Shown: positions 34,639-46,874 of the stretch, piece after piece
How positions within the stretch are numbered: position 1 is the first letter of the stretch
Layout: each line of letters opens with the position of its first letter
Origin: Paraglomus brasilianum
Taxonomy: Eukaryota
Direction of reading: 5' to 3'
NCBI GenBank assembly: GCA_910592345.1
Contig: CAJVPI010000107.1
Span: forward strand, 1-53,516
DNA: 53,516 nucleotides
Made by a program: the position numbers and the translations under genes
Notes under the pieces: generated by a model
Told to the model about the DNA's origin: nothing
Databases searched by the model: none
What the model saw: the letters and a program-made list of their open reading frames with translations, nothing else

Positions 34639-35963
34639 TCATCTCTCGAAAGCAGTACACATTTGTCTACTAACCGTCTCAAGATTCTTTTTGGAATATG
34701 TTAAACACATCACTACTACGTATCTTACTAAGCTTGCTGAACTGGCAACACTTCCCAAATAAATAAGCACTTTAAAGGGTACGTCGTCTATCATAGTTAC
34801 GCTATATGCGCTATATATCCATACTGGTAATCCAAGGATCATTGTATAGATTGCATAATATATCTGACAGAGGTGGAAGCCATAGATCAAGCTTGGATCT
34901 GAAAGATATGGATAGAGAATGAAATAGAAATCTTCTTTGCCTACACGAATTGGTAAGGACATGAGTATACATACTCAAGTAGCGTGCTCCTCTCCTCCTT
35001 TCTCTAAATCCCCATCCTACCTAACATAATTCCGACGATTTTTGGTAGAGAAAAGCGCATGGGATCGTACTTCCTAACCACAAGCAAAGGGAAAATCCTA
35101 AACAGACACTCTAGATAGAAAGCATCTTGTATATAGGATTGGCTATTGATCATCTCTAATGTCATCTAAAAGCAGAATGTGAGGGAAATTAGAGATGAAC
35201 GAGAGAGATAACTACGATAGGTCGATGAGGGTAGTGTTGTATGGGGCAAATGTGGTGTTAGTTCAAACAAGACAACTTCTGGGATTAATCTATAAGAGAT
35301 ACTTTTATGAATATATAACAACGACTCATACTGAAGAGTTTAACGTAAGAGCTTATCAAGATACTCGTGCGCAACTTGAATATACAACCCAACATCACTC
35401 CTTAACCCACGTATTCTCTCCTTTAATCAGCTTCCGTTACCCTTTCCCATCTTACCTCATCGCCCACATATCCAATTGCCATAAGCATAGCAATAAACAA
35501 AAACGCATTAATTGCAAACCATGTCACATAATATCCAATAACCAGTTTTCTATCCCACTTAGCCCTTGTCTTATTAAGGGGGCCCTCATGTTCGGCGTGT
35601 TCCATGGAAGAGTCAGAAGGAGTGTCAACAACAATTAGAGGTGTAAATGTTGGTGGATTTATGGTAGTGAATGTGTTTGTATTATGTGTTGTCGTATCTG
35701 AGTTATCAGCAATATTAGTATTGTCGTTGTCGGGTTTAAATTTTTACAACGGTTTCATTCCCGACTCCGGTTTACTGTCAATCACCTGTTCTCTCGTCCT
35801 CATTTATCCTGTTTTCGCCATTTGTCGTTTCTTCACTTTCGCCGTTTGTGGATTCTAACAACCTATTAGACTCATATTCTGCCTGGGATACTTCATAAGA
35901 GGGTGGGCCACTATCACATTGCTCGTCTGGATTATTGGCAGGTACTGCTGAATACGTGGACAT
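34639..35963 (-). CDS. Uncharacterised multi-pass membrane protein (middle exons uncertain)
   Basis: Exons 35963-35786 and 35697-35456 splice in frame, giving a disordered N-terminus with PPSY followed by the TM segment LVIGYYVTWFAINAFLFIAMLMAIG. Further hydrophobic exons run down to the stop at 34639. Confidence 0.55.
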
Positions 35964-36348
35964 TGATGTTAAAGAAAGTAATTAGATAACTCGTTTGATC
36001 GGACAACGTTCTGGTCGATGAAACGGGGAAAATAATGGGCCGCTATATTGGTAATGAACGTAGGACAAAATAGTTAATTCGAAGAGTCATTTTCCTTGGC
36101 AATGAAAATCCCACATAAAAAGTCGAAAGCTGCGATTTTGGTTTCGATAGACGATATTAATATGGGGGGCATTTTTATGTCTTTGAATTTTTGCCACATT
36201 TAAACCGAGTCCTATTTGTAGATGAAGCACCTTTTAATACAATTCTACGACTTAGTCTTCAAGATGTATTTATATTATAGAAAGCAGACTTTTTATATGC
36301 AGCTTTCTATCATTTTTATTCATTTATACTGGGTAGTCCGCCGTCGTG

Positions 36349-36510
36349 CTGTTATAACCAACTGAGATATAAACGATAACACAATAGAACTATAAGCTGC
36401 CTTTTAATGGCTCCGTTATACCGGCTAAGATATAAACGATAACACAATAGAGCTATAAATGACTCTGTTATACCAACTAAGATATAAACGATAGCACAAT
36501 AGAACTATAA
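36349..36510. repeat. Three direct copies of a ~46-bp unit, probably subterminal repeats of a pogo-like element ending near 36976
   Basis: Core AGATATAAACGATA(A/G)CACAATAGA(A/G)CTATAA occurs three times. A terminus CGGCAGTTGACTG|TA lies at about 36964-36978. Confidence 0.7.
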
Positions 36511-37689
36511 TCATACTTATTTATGTCTCTCTTTATTTTTAGCGCAAGAACGCTTCTAGTAAATTACTAGCAAATGCTCTGAATTATTCACTACAAAATA
36601 CATGATAGCGCAATATATACGATATTAATATTCTGGTTATAAAAACATTGATAGCAGAAAAGTATTATCTGGCTAGTTATTAAAAGCATTGGGATTAGCT
36701 CAAGTAATACGCAATTTAGCAAATAACATATGAATAAAAAATTGTGTTATAGTCGTAACCTTGTAATCTTGCAACTTTGAAGTCTGACAATCCCCCAATT
36801 GATGAAGTTAGTATCTAACATTTGCCGCCGTTTGAATTGTTTCAAGCTAGCGATTTGCTAGTAACTTTATATAAAGTTTATTTCTACATGAGCAATAAAT
36901 TTTGTATCTTTTTAATTACAATAGAAATAATAATAAATGTTCTGTAACCAGTGGTCGAATTATCGGCAGTTGACTGTACAGTGGTTTAATATTGTAACTC
37001 TTTGTATAATGACGCGCATAAATCGTCATGTATTTTTTTTCAAGCACAATTTTAAATATAAATTTATTAGGCAAACTTGCTAAATGTATTTCTCACTTGG
37101 TAATAAATAAACCTACCTGGAATGATAGTTTGAACAATTATGTATGTTAAAACACATCAAGTCGGTCAATTTTATATAGTCCAATAATATTGATTAATAC
37201 CTTCAATCTCATGAGAGTCAACTTTATTCAATCAATGTCCATATTCTTTCTTTCTTTCTTTCCTTCCTTTAAATACAAACATCTTTTAACCTTATCATTA
37301 AGCCAAATACCTGATTTTAAAATTGACATTTAATTATATCAGCCAAACTGTCTTTTCCAAAGTTTATGTTTGATAGTATACTTTTTGTTGAAAAATGTTA
37401 CCGAGATTCAGATTAAATCTGCTCGTTATCATAATGATTTCGTCACCCGCTTGGCTTTTGTTATTGTCTCTTAATTGGCAACGTCTTATGATTACAAAAG
37501 TCAACTTGCGTTGATAATACAAGTCCGAAAAACTCTTGTAACAAAATCAAAATTCAATATCTAGAAATAGCAGTTCAGAATAAGCGATCATTCATATTCG
37601 ACGGTGATGTGATGCCTCGTCGATCAAACTGATTTGCTGCATGTGACCGTGTCACTCAGTCCAACGACTAGTCAGGAATACGCACGTAC

Positions 37690-39355
37690 TTCGTTTATCC
37701 GAATTTTTATAATAAATCTCTGTAATCCGCAATCCGAAGCAGTTGTCATATAAAAATTCCTCGTTAATCCGAAGATCTTTCTCGTTAATCCAAAGAATCT
37801 CATCAGTTATAAAACTTAACTCTCTCTTTGAATTTGTTTTTTATAATGAACCGTAAGCCAAAAAGACAAAAGAAAGAATTAAAGATTGCCGAGAAAATCG
37901 AGTTATGCAGTATTAAGCAAAATTACGAGCAAAACTTTGGCAACTCGATTTGAAATCGGCGAATCAACCGTGCGTGATACCCTGAAACGCAAAAACGAAT
38001 ATCTTAATATAATCCAAACCACCATCTCGCTTCAAGAAACGCGATCACCTACCCAAAATCTTGTCAGCTTGAGGAAGCTCTTGCTATTTGGGGTGATGCT
38101 GTCGTAGAAGTAAATCTGCCTCTATTTGGTCATCTAAATAAAGCTCTCCAATTTGCTGTCATGTTGGGCATGAATTTAAATGGGTGGGTAACCAATTTTA
38201 AGAATCGATATAACATCTGTGAATATACACGTTGTGGTGAGGCAAATAGCGCTCCGCTTGAAAAACTACCTACATATAGGATAGAGCTGCAGCAAGTAAT
38301 CTCCCAGTTTGAGCTTAAAGACGTATTTAATGCTGATAAAACGGCCCTCTATTGGAAGCTTTTACCATCTAAGATACTCCCTTCTCATTCAGTTTCTGGT
38401 GTTAAAGATGAAGGATAGGATAACCATTCTACTCGCTTGTAATGCAACTGGGACGGAGAAATTACCTCCTCTTCTCATATACAAATACACACTCCCAGTA
38501 CATTACTACTGCTGGAACTCTTCCGCATGGATGCAATCATCCATATTCAAGCATTGGCTAAAATAAGCTGAATTCCGATATGCGTCATAAACAATGAAAA
38601 ATTCTCCTACTTGTTGACAATGCTACTTTACACCAGTTTGGCGAAGACTCACCATTCAGTAATATTATTTTCCTGCCGCCAATACTACAGCACATTTACA
38701 ACCCTGCGACGGATGCAGAAGTTATCTATTCATTGTTAAAAAAAGGAAATTTGTTGTGTTTTTAATTTCCCATTTTATTATTGTATAGTCGCAATACAGA
38801 AAACTCTTGTGTGAAAACCGTATCAATGCATTTAATGAACAGGTCAAGAAATGTCTCGGCTTGATATAATGACTGCCGAGTTGGGCGTTACATTGAACGT
38901 CTGGTAAATTGCGTGGCAATATGCCCACAACCTCGTGATAGTTGATTCGTTTTTTGAAATAGATAATAATAATCATTTACTTGAAGAAACTGAGAATACC
39001 AACTGATGAAGATGTTATAGAAATTGTCACAGCACCCCAGTTTCGCTTGCATTAGCCAATGAAAGAAAGCATTCGACAAGAATATGCGACAAAATTCATC
39101 AATCACCGCCTTGTAGTCCATCGAATGATTAAAATACTTGAAATACAAAATAAGCGACAATTACATATTGACAGTTTTTTCGCACCTCAAAGCGAGACGA
39201 CATAATCAGATGTTAGCAGGTGTAAGTAGCTAAACAATAATAAGGCTTAAGAATAATTATTGAATTCAATAGCAAGTTCGGATTATTGAGAACAAACCAG
39301 ATGCCGTTAATCTGAACTTAGGCCTCGGTCCCGTTGACTCCGGATGACTATGTAT
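37690..39355 (+). mobile_element. Degenerate pogo/Tigger (CENP-B-like DDE_1) transposon with a pseudogenised transposase
   Basis: Frameshifted motifs from about 37846: LATRFEIGESTVRDTLK (HTH), GWVTNFKNRY, VFNADKTALYWK, KDRITILLACNATGTEKL, WNSSAWM, ILLLVDNA, LQPCD. TAATCCGAA-type subterminal repeats at both ends. Confidence 0.9.
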
Positions 39356-39602
39356 TATTATTCCCAACATCTGTCCCGCTCAATCCTTTGCTACAATACA
39401 AGAATATGACAATTTCTTCTTACCAAAATTGTAATTCCCGATTTCCTTTGGCTTCATGCGTCTCTGTACTTAGTTCCATCTACAAGTGATAACTTCTGTT
39501 ACGACGAAAATTTTACTTCCTGCATTACCAAACGAAATACATGCCTTCTGCGCATCTAATAGAAACTTTAGGAGCGAAAAGAAAAGCTGTTGGATGTTGC
39601 TT

Positions 39603-39676
39603 CGCTCCCACCTGGATTCGAACCAGGAACCTTTTGGTTAACAGCCAAACGCGCTAACCAATTGCGCCATGGAAGC
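39603..39676 (-). tRNA. tRNA-Asn(GTT): tRNA-Asn (anticodon GTT), intronless
   Basis: GCTTCCATGGCGCAATTGGTTAGCGCGTTTGGCTGTTAACCAAAAGGTTCCTGGTTCGAATCCAGGTGGGAGCG folds as a cloverleaf with a 7-bp acceptor stem, CTGTTAA anticodon loop and GGTTCGAATCC T-arm. Confidence 0.97.
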
Positions 39677-41844
39677 TTGCAATTAGTTCACCTGATAATA
39701 TATCAAAATTGACATGACCTCTGTGCGGAACGCCGTTCGATAGAAAATGAATAGCAACGTTGTCTGATAAAAAGATTGGGATTACGCTTACTATACATAC
39801 ATGACTATGCATACAAATACAAATATCTGATAGGCTGTCTTTAAATAATACGCTGAAAGCCTTACCAACAGTTATGGAATACCGAATAGAGTCATTTACC
39901 ATGACCTCATGTTAACTTTGTATTATTGCATTTTCTTTGAAGAAAACATCATTGCGAAAAGGTTGCCTTTCTCTCTACGTTATTGGACGAAGAAACTTTA
40001 TACGAGAATTAGTTTGTTGAAAGAAAAACTAGACTTTCAATAATACCTGCAAGTTATTTAGTCAGGCTTGTTAAACTCATCTATTTGAAATTCCGAGTTT
40101 GATTCTCGTGCTTGTTATTGATGACGGTAGTACAGCGCGTCACTAGTCTAAATAACGGCAACAACAATTGCAGCAGTATTTATAATCCATCAAAGGCTAT
40201 GTGAACAGCGCAATAGTACGAACAAAATAACATTTGTAATATTCAGTTTTTCCATTGAACGCCATTTCTTGGTATACAATCGAATTTTGGAATAGAACAT
40301 GTGCTGGTGGGAAAGGGAGGCGAGATACGGGGAAAGATACGGGGAATCGTTTCAGGACGTTATTCTTCTTATATTTGGCAATGATTTGACGATAACCAGC
40401 GAATATATCGGTTGGGATATTAGTCCAAGCGTTTGTCAGTCTATTTGTGTTGCGGGATCTGCATTCATGGTACACAAAAGGTTAGATTCCGAAGGAAAAA
40501 CTATATGGAAAATCTAGAACAATTCACTAAAACATCTCATGAATAATGATATGTAATACTGCATGGGGTCCTGATAACCGAAACTTCTTTGCTGCTGCCG
40601 AAACTTTTCTCTCAATGCGTCGCATGGACAATCGTATAACTTACTTTAAATGCAAACAACGCCAAGTAATGTGTCTTAAAACGTAAAAAAAACTCCTTAC
40701 TATTTTCACTCGCAAACAAAGTATTTGGCTTGTAACCTAGAAACATCTATAATGCCAACGAATTAGAATGAGTTTAATTTGAGCCATATCGCGTTTATGC
40801 GCTTGTATATACATTTTATTGGTACATTCCATGGGTACATTAACTTATTGGTTCGTCTATTGTCCCACGACGGTTTTGCTATTCTGGCTCGTTTAGAAGT
40901 TGCGGATGAACAATATCTGACGCCAAAAAATACCATTTCAGTTCACTATGTCACAGCATTGTGCGATTTCTAACAATATTTACCGCCATGCGCATACATT
41001 CATATTGTTTCTTCCATGCTAATGGAATTAGTCATTAATTAGCCGGATATCAAAATAATGCGTTTGTTATATGTCCACCATTCCACCGTTTTGAAATCCC
41101 GACATCCGAAAAGAGGGTTTGCCACACCCAAGTCGACCAAGTCAAGGGCAACAATATCAAATATCGCCAGATCTCAACAATATTATTCTGGCCTGGCCAA
41201 TTACATTCTCTTTAAATGCGGCTTAAACCAGGGGGGGCATTGTGTAAATATTCACATAGAAGTGCACAAGGTACTATAAAAAGTAAGCACATAACGTCAT
41301 GAGCCTATACATATCCACCAATCTGCATTATCTTCTGGCATTCAACCCAAATATGGAGATTAATCATGACGAATAAAGACTAAAACATGTTATAGACACA
41401 AGGACGAGCTTCAAACAACGAAGGGGATAACATTTTCTGATAGCACAATAATAACGCACGCATACTATACTTAAAAAACAATCGCATTATGTTTTTCTGA
41501 TATATAAATAACCCCGTCTTGAATCAATTCTAGTTTTCCTTGTCGGCGACCATAAATCTAAAAAAAAGCATTCACTGAACGCTCAGGAAGCTTCAGCATT
41601 GTACAAATTCAGGCTAACCCTAAAAGCAATCATAATAACACCTTTTTATATACCCGCAGTTGTATATATTTTCGCCTATTTATTGAATTGCTGTTCTCTT
41701 ATTACGAAGCTTCCTTCACTATTACATACCCGACCCCCAATTTGTAGAATATCCTTATCCTCCGCCCTTGTACATTTGTTCGTCAAGACGCTGCACACAA
41801 ACTCTAATACTAAACAAGCTCAGGAAGCTTACAGAATCATCAAA

Positions 41845-44553
41845 ATGACTTCGCTTACTTCATTCGGACCAACTGTTGTTGACAAGCCAGTTCTTTCCTC
41901 CAGCAGCCACTTCTTACGCCAAAGTACTCAACCTGATATAATGGTAAGGACCACCCCCTCAGTTCAATCCTCTAAACACATCTTCCATACATACTCTCAT
42001 CAGCTCAGAGAGAAAAGTGGATATTTCGATAAAGCACTAGACTCTATGGATTGGGCATTAAGAGAACACCTTCCCATATCTCTCACCGACATCGAATCCG
42101 ACGTGTTTGCACTTGTATTAAAATATATACAAAATGAGAACATTGATATCAATGCACTAGATGCTCAAATGACATTAGACCTCCTCGTAGCCGTATGTAA
42201 ACTACGAATTAAAGGCAATCTCATCGATCTGTTGGACACCCACTTCCAGATCACCCACGGCCGCTGGCTACAAGAGAATCTCAACCTTGTCTACAATTCA
42301 CTCAAACCACATTTCAAGCAGCTGACTTACATCTCCTCATACTGCGAAATACTCTTCAGCAATTATCCGATCGAATTTATCTTTGCCAAAGACTTTACAC
42401 GTCTCACCAAAGACACGCTAATATCACTGTTCAAGAATAATCTACCCATCAGCGAAATGGTAAAATGGAATAAAGCGTTAGAGTGGGGGAAAATTCAGGC
42501 CAGGCTCACTGAGTGTCCGAGAATAATTCCAGAATCTGTAGAACATTGGAGACCAATACATTTCCATGCAGTGGGAAAGGAAATTGTGGAAGTAGTGGTA
42601 TACATCAAGTTTTGGGATTTGCAATATAACGAATTTATGACTCACGTCAGGCCATTCAGCAAAAGCATTCCCAGAGACATATACCTTCGCGCGTTACGTG
42701 TACAAATAAAGGAAAATAGAAGAGCGCAAACACAGTCGGTAATAACAGAATCAGGGTTACCCTCCATCAAAGTAACGGCGTCCACACCAACTCTTGCCTC
42801 GATAGAAATGAAGAGAACAAAGAGCAACTCATCAGACATCCATTCGAACAGATCGACTCTCTGCGGATCCGTCACCAGTGGAGCTACCACAATGGTCGGT
42901 ACTGTCAACGAAGAAATCGTTTTAGATGACGCGAACGTTGTTTCTTACATCGGCAACGAAGTAGAAAAGGAGAAACCTGCTGATGGAGATGGTCTTAAAA
43001 ACGATGTTCAGACGCGTAAACAGCGTCGAAGAAGACCCAAGAATATCAAACCGTTGGTATCCAAGAGCAAAAAGGGTGATTACGATATCATTGATAAAGA
43101 GAACGCTCAATCTCCAAATAATATCGACAATGAGAATACTCAGTGTTCAATGAAGGTCGATAAAGAAAATGGTCATTGTCCCAATTGCATTGGTAAAGAG
43201 GCAATATACTCTCCCATTCACGTTCTCAGAGAATACACTCAATCTCCCACCATAGTCACACCCCATACACCCCGCACACCCCGCACACCCCGCACACCCC
43301 TCACTCCAACGACATTCAACTCTTTCCCAACCCCATGCTCACCATTAACTCCAACAGCAAAACCCAATTCCGTAAGACCCTCGCGTAAGCACAAACGTCT
43401 ACTCGAGCGCAGCAGCACTGTACCCGCTTCTGGTCTCGGTGCTTTCCTTGTACATGTGAGAACGAACGACAACAGGGAAAAGTTATTGCTAGTCAAGCAG
43501 CGATCCGATACAGATGGAAACGGAAGTATGGGAAGAGAATCTGAATATATAGAAGAAGCAGAGATTGTAGAAGAGGTGGATGGCGTTATGGTGATTAAAG
43601 GTGGTGGCGCAAGCAGAAGTCGAAAGGGAAGAAAGCGTAGAAGAAATGATGGCAATACAAAGACTGGAAAGAAACCTCACAGCCCGAGTGAAGAAGACAT
43701 TACTACTCCTACAAAGGATGTATTCCAAAGAAAATTTTCGAGTTCTATTATTACAAACGTGCATCCTTTCGTCCAAGAAGACTCAACATGCGTATCTTCT
43801 CATCAACACAGTCTGAGAGCTCCACCTCGCCCGAAACGGGAGCCTACCAGCAAAAACTTGAAATGCATCACGTCAAAGGGTAGTAATGATTGCCACTATT
43901 CTGACGAATTCGCACTTACTCCTGGAACTAGTGTGTACCCACATGATTTAAACGTATCGTGCGAGTCGGCACATTTGTTCGAACAAGAATGCCTTCCGTT
44001 ACTAGCATCTTGGATCGACGAGTCTTTGGGATTAGGCGATAGTCATGAATATAAACAAAGACAGCAACGAATTCATGAGATTACAGACGAGGAAGACTGT
44101 GCACAGACTCCAACATCTGTCTACTTTTCCGCGCCTTCTTCTCCAATATCGTCGCCCTTTGATTTCTTCCCATCTTCCCCGTTCTCGAAAGCTTTTTCTG
44201 ATGACCAGTCACCTCTACCATCTCCACTCGCCCTCCCCCGCATGCCAGTCCCTGCGCATCAACACGTCTCGCGACTTCCTCAGCCAAGCCTAACGATTCA
44301 CCTTCTCTACAACACTGCTCTTCACTCTCCAACTCTGTCGGCCTTCCATCCAAGACGTGATAATGTAGGCGTTACAGCAACAGTTGTTGAACCCCGTCTT
44401 TCCTCTGTCTTCTTCGGAGGATATAATCCATTCTCAAGATCGTCTCTACCTGAACACAAGCGCAAGAACGCTCGCAATACGGGTGTGTTCTCAAAGTCTA
44501 AAGACGAGTTAAACTACCAAGAGAAGGCGGCTGTCATCGGATCAAGAGTGTGA
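41845..44553 (+). CDS. BTB-BACK protein with a long low-complexity insert and a degenerate/truncated TLDc domain
   Basis: Single long ORF; likely ATG at 41845. BTB: PDIMVR..FHTYSHQLREKSGYF..FALVLKYI. BACK: SEMVKWNKALEWG..YIKF. S/T/P- and K/R-rich middle. TLDc remnants LASWID, LLY..AFH..DNVG..FGGYNP. Confidence 0.8.
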   Translation: MTSLTSFGPTVVDKPVLSSSSHFLRQSTQPDIMVRTTPSVQSSKHIFHTYSHQLREKSGYFDKALDSMDWALREHLPISLTDIESDVFALVLKYIQNENIDINALDAQMTLDLLVAVCKLRIKGNLIDLLDTHFQITHGRWLQENLNLVYNSLKPHFKQLTYISSYCEILFSNYPIEFIFAKDFTRLTKDTLISLFKNNLPISEMVKWNKALEWGKIQARLTECPRIIPESVEHWRPIHFHAVGKEIVEVVVYIKFWDLQYNEFMTHVRPFSKSIPRDIYLRALRVQIKENRRAQTQSVITESGLPSIKVTASTPTLASIEMKRTKSNSSDIHSNRSTLCGSVTSGATTMVGTVNEEIVLDDANVVSYIGNEVEKEKPADGDGLKNDVQTRKQRRRRPKNIKPLVSKSKKGDYDIIDKENAQSPNNIDNENTQCSMKVDKENGHCPNCIGKEAIYSPIHVLREYTQSPTIVTPHTPRTPRTPRTPLTPTTFNSFPTPCSPLTPTAKPNSVRPSRKHKRLLERSSTVPASGLGAFLVHVRTNDNREKLLLVKQRSDTDGNGSMGRESEYIEEAEIVEEVDGVMVIKGGGASRSRKGRKRRRNDGNTKTGKKPHSPSEEDITTPTKDVFQRKFSSSIITNVHPFVQEDSTCVSSHQHSLRAPPRPKREPTSKNLKCITSKGSNDCHYSDEFALTPGTSVYPHDLNVSCESAHLFEQECLPLLASWIDESLGLGDSHEYKQRQQRIHEITDEEDCAQTPTSVYFSAPSSPISSPFDFFPSSPFSKAFSDDQSPLPSPLALPRMPVPAHQHVSRLPQPSLTIHLLYNTALHSPTLSAFHPRRDNVGVTATVVEPRLSSVFFGGYNPFSRSSLPEHKRKNARNTGVFSKSKDELNYQEKAAVIGSRV

Positions 44554-45145
44554 TCAAATTACGCAAGGAACATGGGCCTGTTTTCGGAAGGTAAAAGGAA
44601 AGTTTGAAGTATCTGCAGCAAAGGGGAAACACCCTCGCCAAGGTTAATTTCTAGAATTCGCACATAGAGAAAGACAAGACTAAGAGTAATTTTTTATTTT
44701 TGAAGTACATTGAATTTGATCAGGAACAAAAATGTAGATGGATATTTAAAGTATGTTAAGCGGTTTATTATCTGAGTTGAAATCTGGACAATTTCTTTTC
44801 TTTCGCAGAAATAAAAAGTAATGAATTTAAAATATTCATAGTGAATGCTTGTCATGTGATACGTAACTTTATGCAGGGTCAATTGTTTTGGAATCTAGTT
44901 CTTATATGACACGGAATCTAGTTCTTACACATTATAGCGTCAGGAACAATGATACGGCTTTATTTTTTCTCTCCTTCCCTAAAAGTTGCAAGCAATCCAT
45001 TCTTAATCAGAAACGATATAATTAATGTCACTGCTTACCATCAGTCTCGACATATTTTCGTCACTGTCGCCTCATGCTTACGTATAAATCCGTTACTCTT
45101 GGACCTCAAACATAACGTGTGGTGAATTCTCAAAGTTAATACGAC

Positions 45146-46874
45146 ATGTCTTTGTCCAATATTAAAGCTGTGGCGACAGGACAGCCAAGTTGTAATCATG
45201 AAAAGAGTGCATGACTGCTGTCAAATGGAAGGGTACTCGTAATATCAAAGTCAATGATCACAGGCCAAAGTGCGAAACTTAAGGTATATTGTAGGAGCAT
45301 TATTTATACAACAATATGTGGTTCTGATCTCCGCTTATACCATAACGAGATTACTGGATGCGAGATGGCGATATAATTGGACACGAAGGAGTGGGTGTTG
45401 TCGAAGAGGCTGATCTGCATCTGCTGTCACTGACACGCATGACCAGTATATATTATGTTGATTTACTCTCTAGTGTCTGTTTAAACAGGTCGGAACTAGA
45501 GTGAGTAAAGTACAACCTGGGGGCATATCAGCAGTTATTGCCTGTGGGAACGTGCAGAGTATTGTCGTAAACAGTTGTGACACTACCAATCCAAGTAAAG
45601 ACATGGATGGTAAGCGATGGTCATATTAATATATTTGGTGCATACACTAACGTGATATTAGAGACGGGGACGGATTAATCAATCAACAAGGAAATTGTAG
45701 TGTCTATTGTTATTAAGTAACATTATATGATGTTATTACAGAACACAGAACAGCCGCTCTGTTCGGCTATTCTCACATCACTGGAGGATATGATGGTGAG
45801 TAGCGCTTTCCAAATCAGTTGATGTTTTGCTACGTGATAATTTCAAATCTCTGGTTGAATTCAAATAATAGACTCGCCGTTTCTCGACGAACCCTTGCAT
45901 TTTCCTGCAGGAACTCAAGCTGAGTCCATATGCTGATACCAATCTTCTCCACGTCACTGATGCTATCGTCGCGAAACTCAAGGTTCTCGTTCATGAGTTT
46001 ATTCGTGCTATATTCGCTTGTTTATTTTGGATACGACACCAATATCGACTTTAATGTAAGAGAAGCTTTTGCTATTGTTCGACGTCGCTTGTACGGGATG
46101 GCATGCTTGCGAGTTGAGTGAAGTAGGACACGGTATGGATCGAGCAAATAAATAATCATCGTGAATGTTCATGCTGTTCAGAATATTAACTGTTAAGCAT
46201 CATCATTCATTTGCTTGTAGTTGATGTTGTGGGTATATGGGTATGTAAATATGCAACAACGGTTCGACATTCCATCTATTGGCAATATAGGATGCGGTTC
46301 ATGGCTAATCGTGGAGCGTTGCGTATCATTGGTAGCTATCAAGACGATCAAACCACTGTTTTCTGAAAAGCCGATTAACAATCTTTCTTAAACCTAGCAA
46401 TCGATTCTGTTCCTAGTCGCCTTAAACTGGCTCAAGATATTGGTGCAGAAACTATCAATATTGAGGAAGTAAAAGATATACTGGACAAAATACGTGAATT
46501 AGTTCCAAAAGGCTTTGACGTCACTATTGATGCGGTCGGATTCAGATATGCTTCGAAGAGTATGAGGCATAAAGTGGAAAAGATGTTATACATAGAGACT
46601 TACAGTGTTGATGTCGTGGACGAAGTTATCAAATCTGTTAAGAAAGGTATAAACATTATACGGAATTCTTGAATAGGTGGTTCTTCACCCACCGCATGCC
46701 GCTGAGCGATGCGCCAAAGCCAAGGCATATAAAGTTTTTGATGCCAAAGAGGACGGAGTAATCAAGATCGTTCTAACTACAAATGCGGCCACAGATACTA
46801 TTAGCTTGACTACTGATGTTGATTCCAGTGGCGTTTTGGCCATGGAAGCAACCGTGTGCGAAATATTTGAGTAA
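45146..46874 (+). pseudogene. Zn-dependent alcohol/formaldehyde dehydrogenase-like (MDR family) pseudogene with introns
   Basis: Ordered but frameshifted motifs: TTICGSDL, IIGHEGVGVVEE, VIACG, CDTTNPS, ALFGYSHITGGYDG, PYADTNLL, CTGWHA, AIDSVPSRLKLAQDIGAETIN, IDAVGFRY, AYKVFDAKEDGVIKIVL. Confidence 0.85.

Noticed and set aside
36349..36510. Possible CRISPR array (3 repeats with intervening sequence)
   Set aside because: The intervening segments are only about 6-17 bp and resemble each other. This fits tandem or subterminal transposon repeats.
41599..41844. N-terminal extension of the 984-aa ORF
   Set aside because: It starts at TTG and reads through TATA-like/UTR-like sequence. The first in-frame ATG at 41845 is the plausible start.
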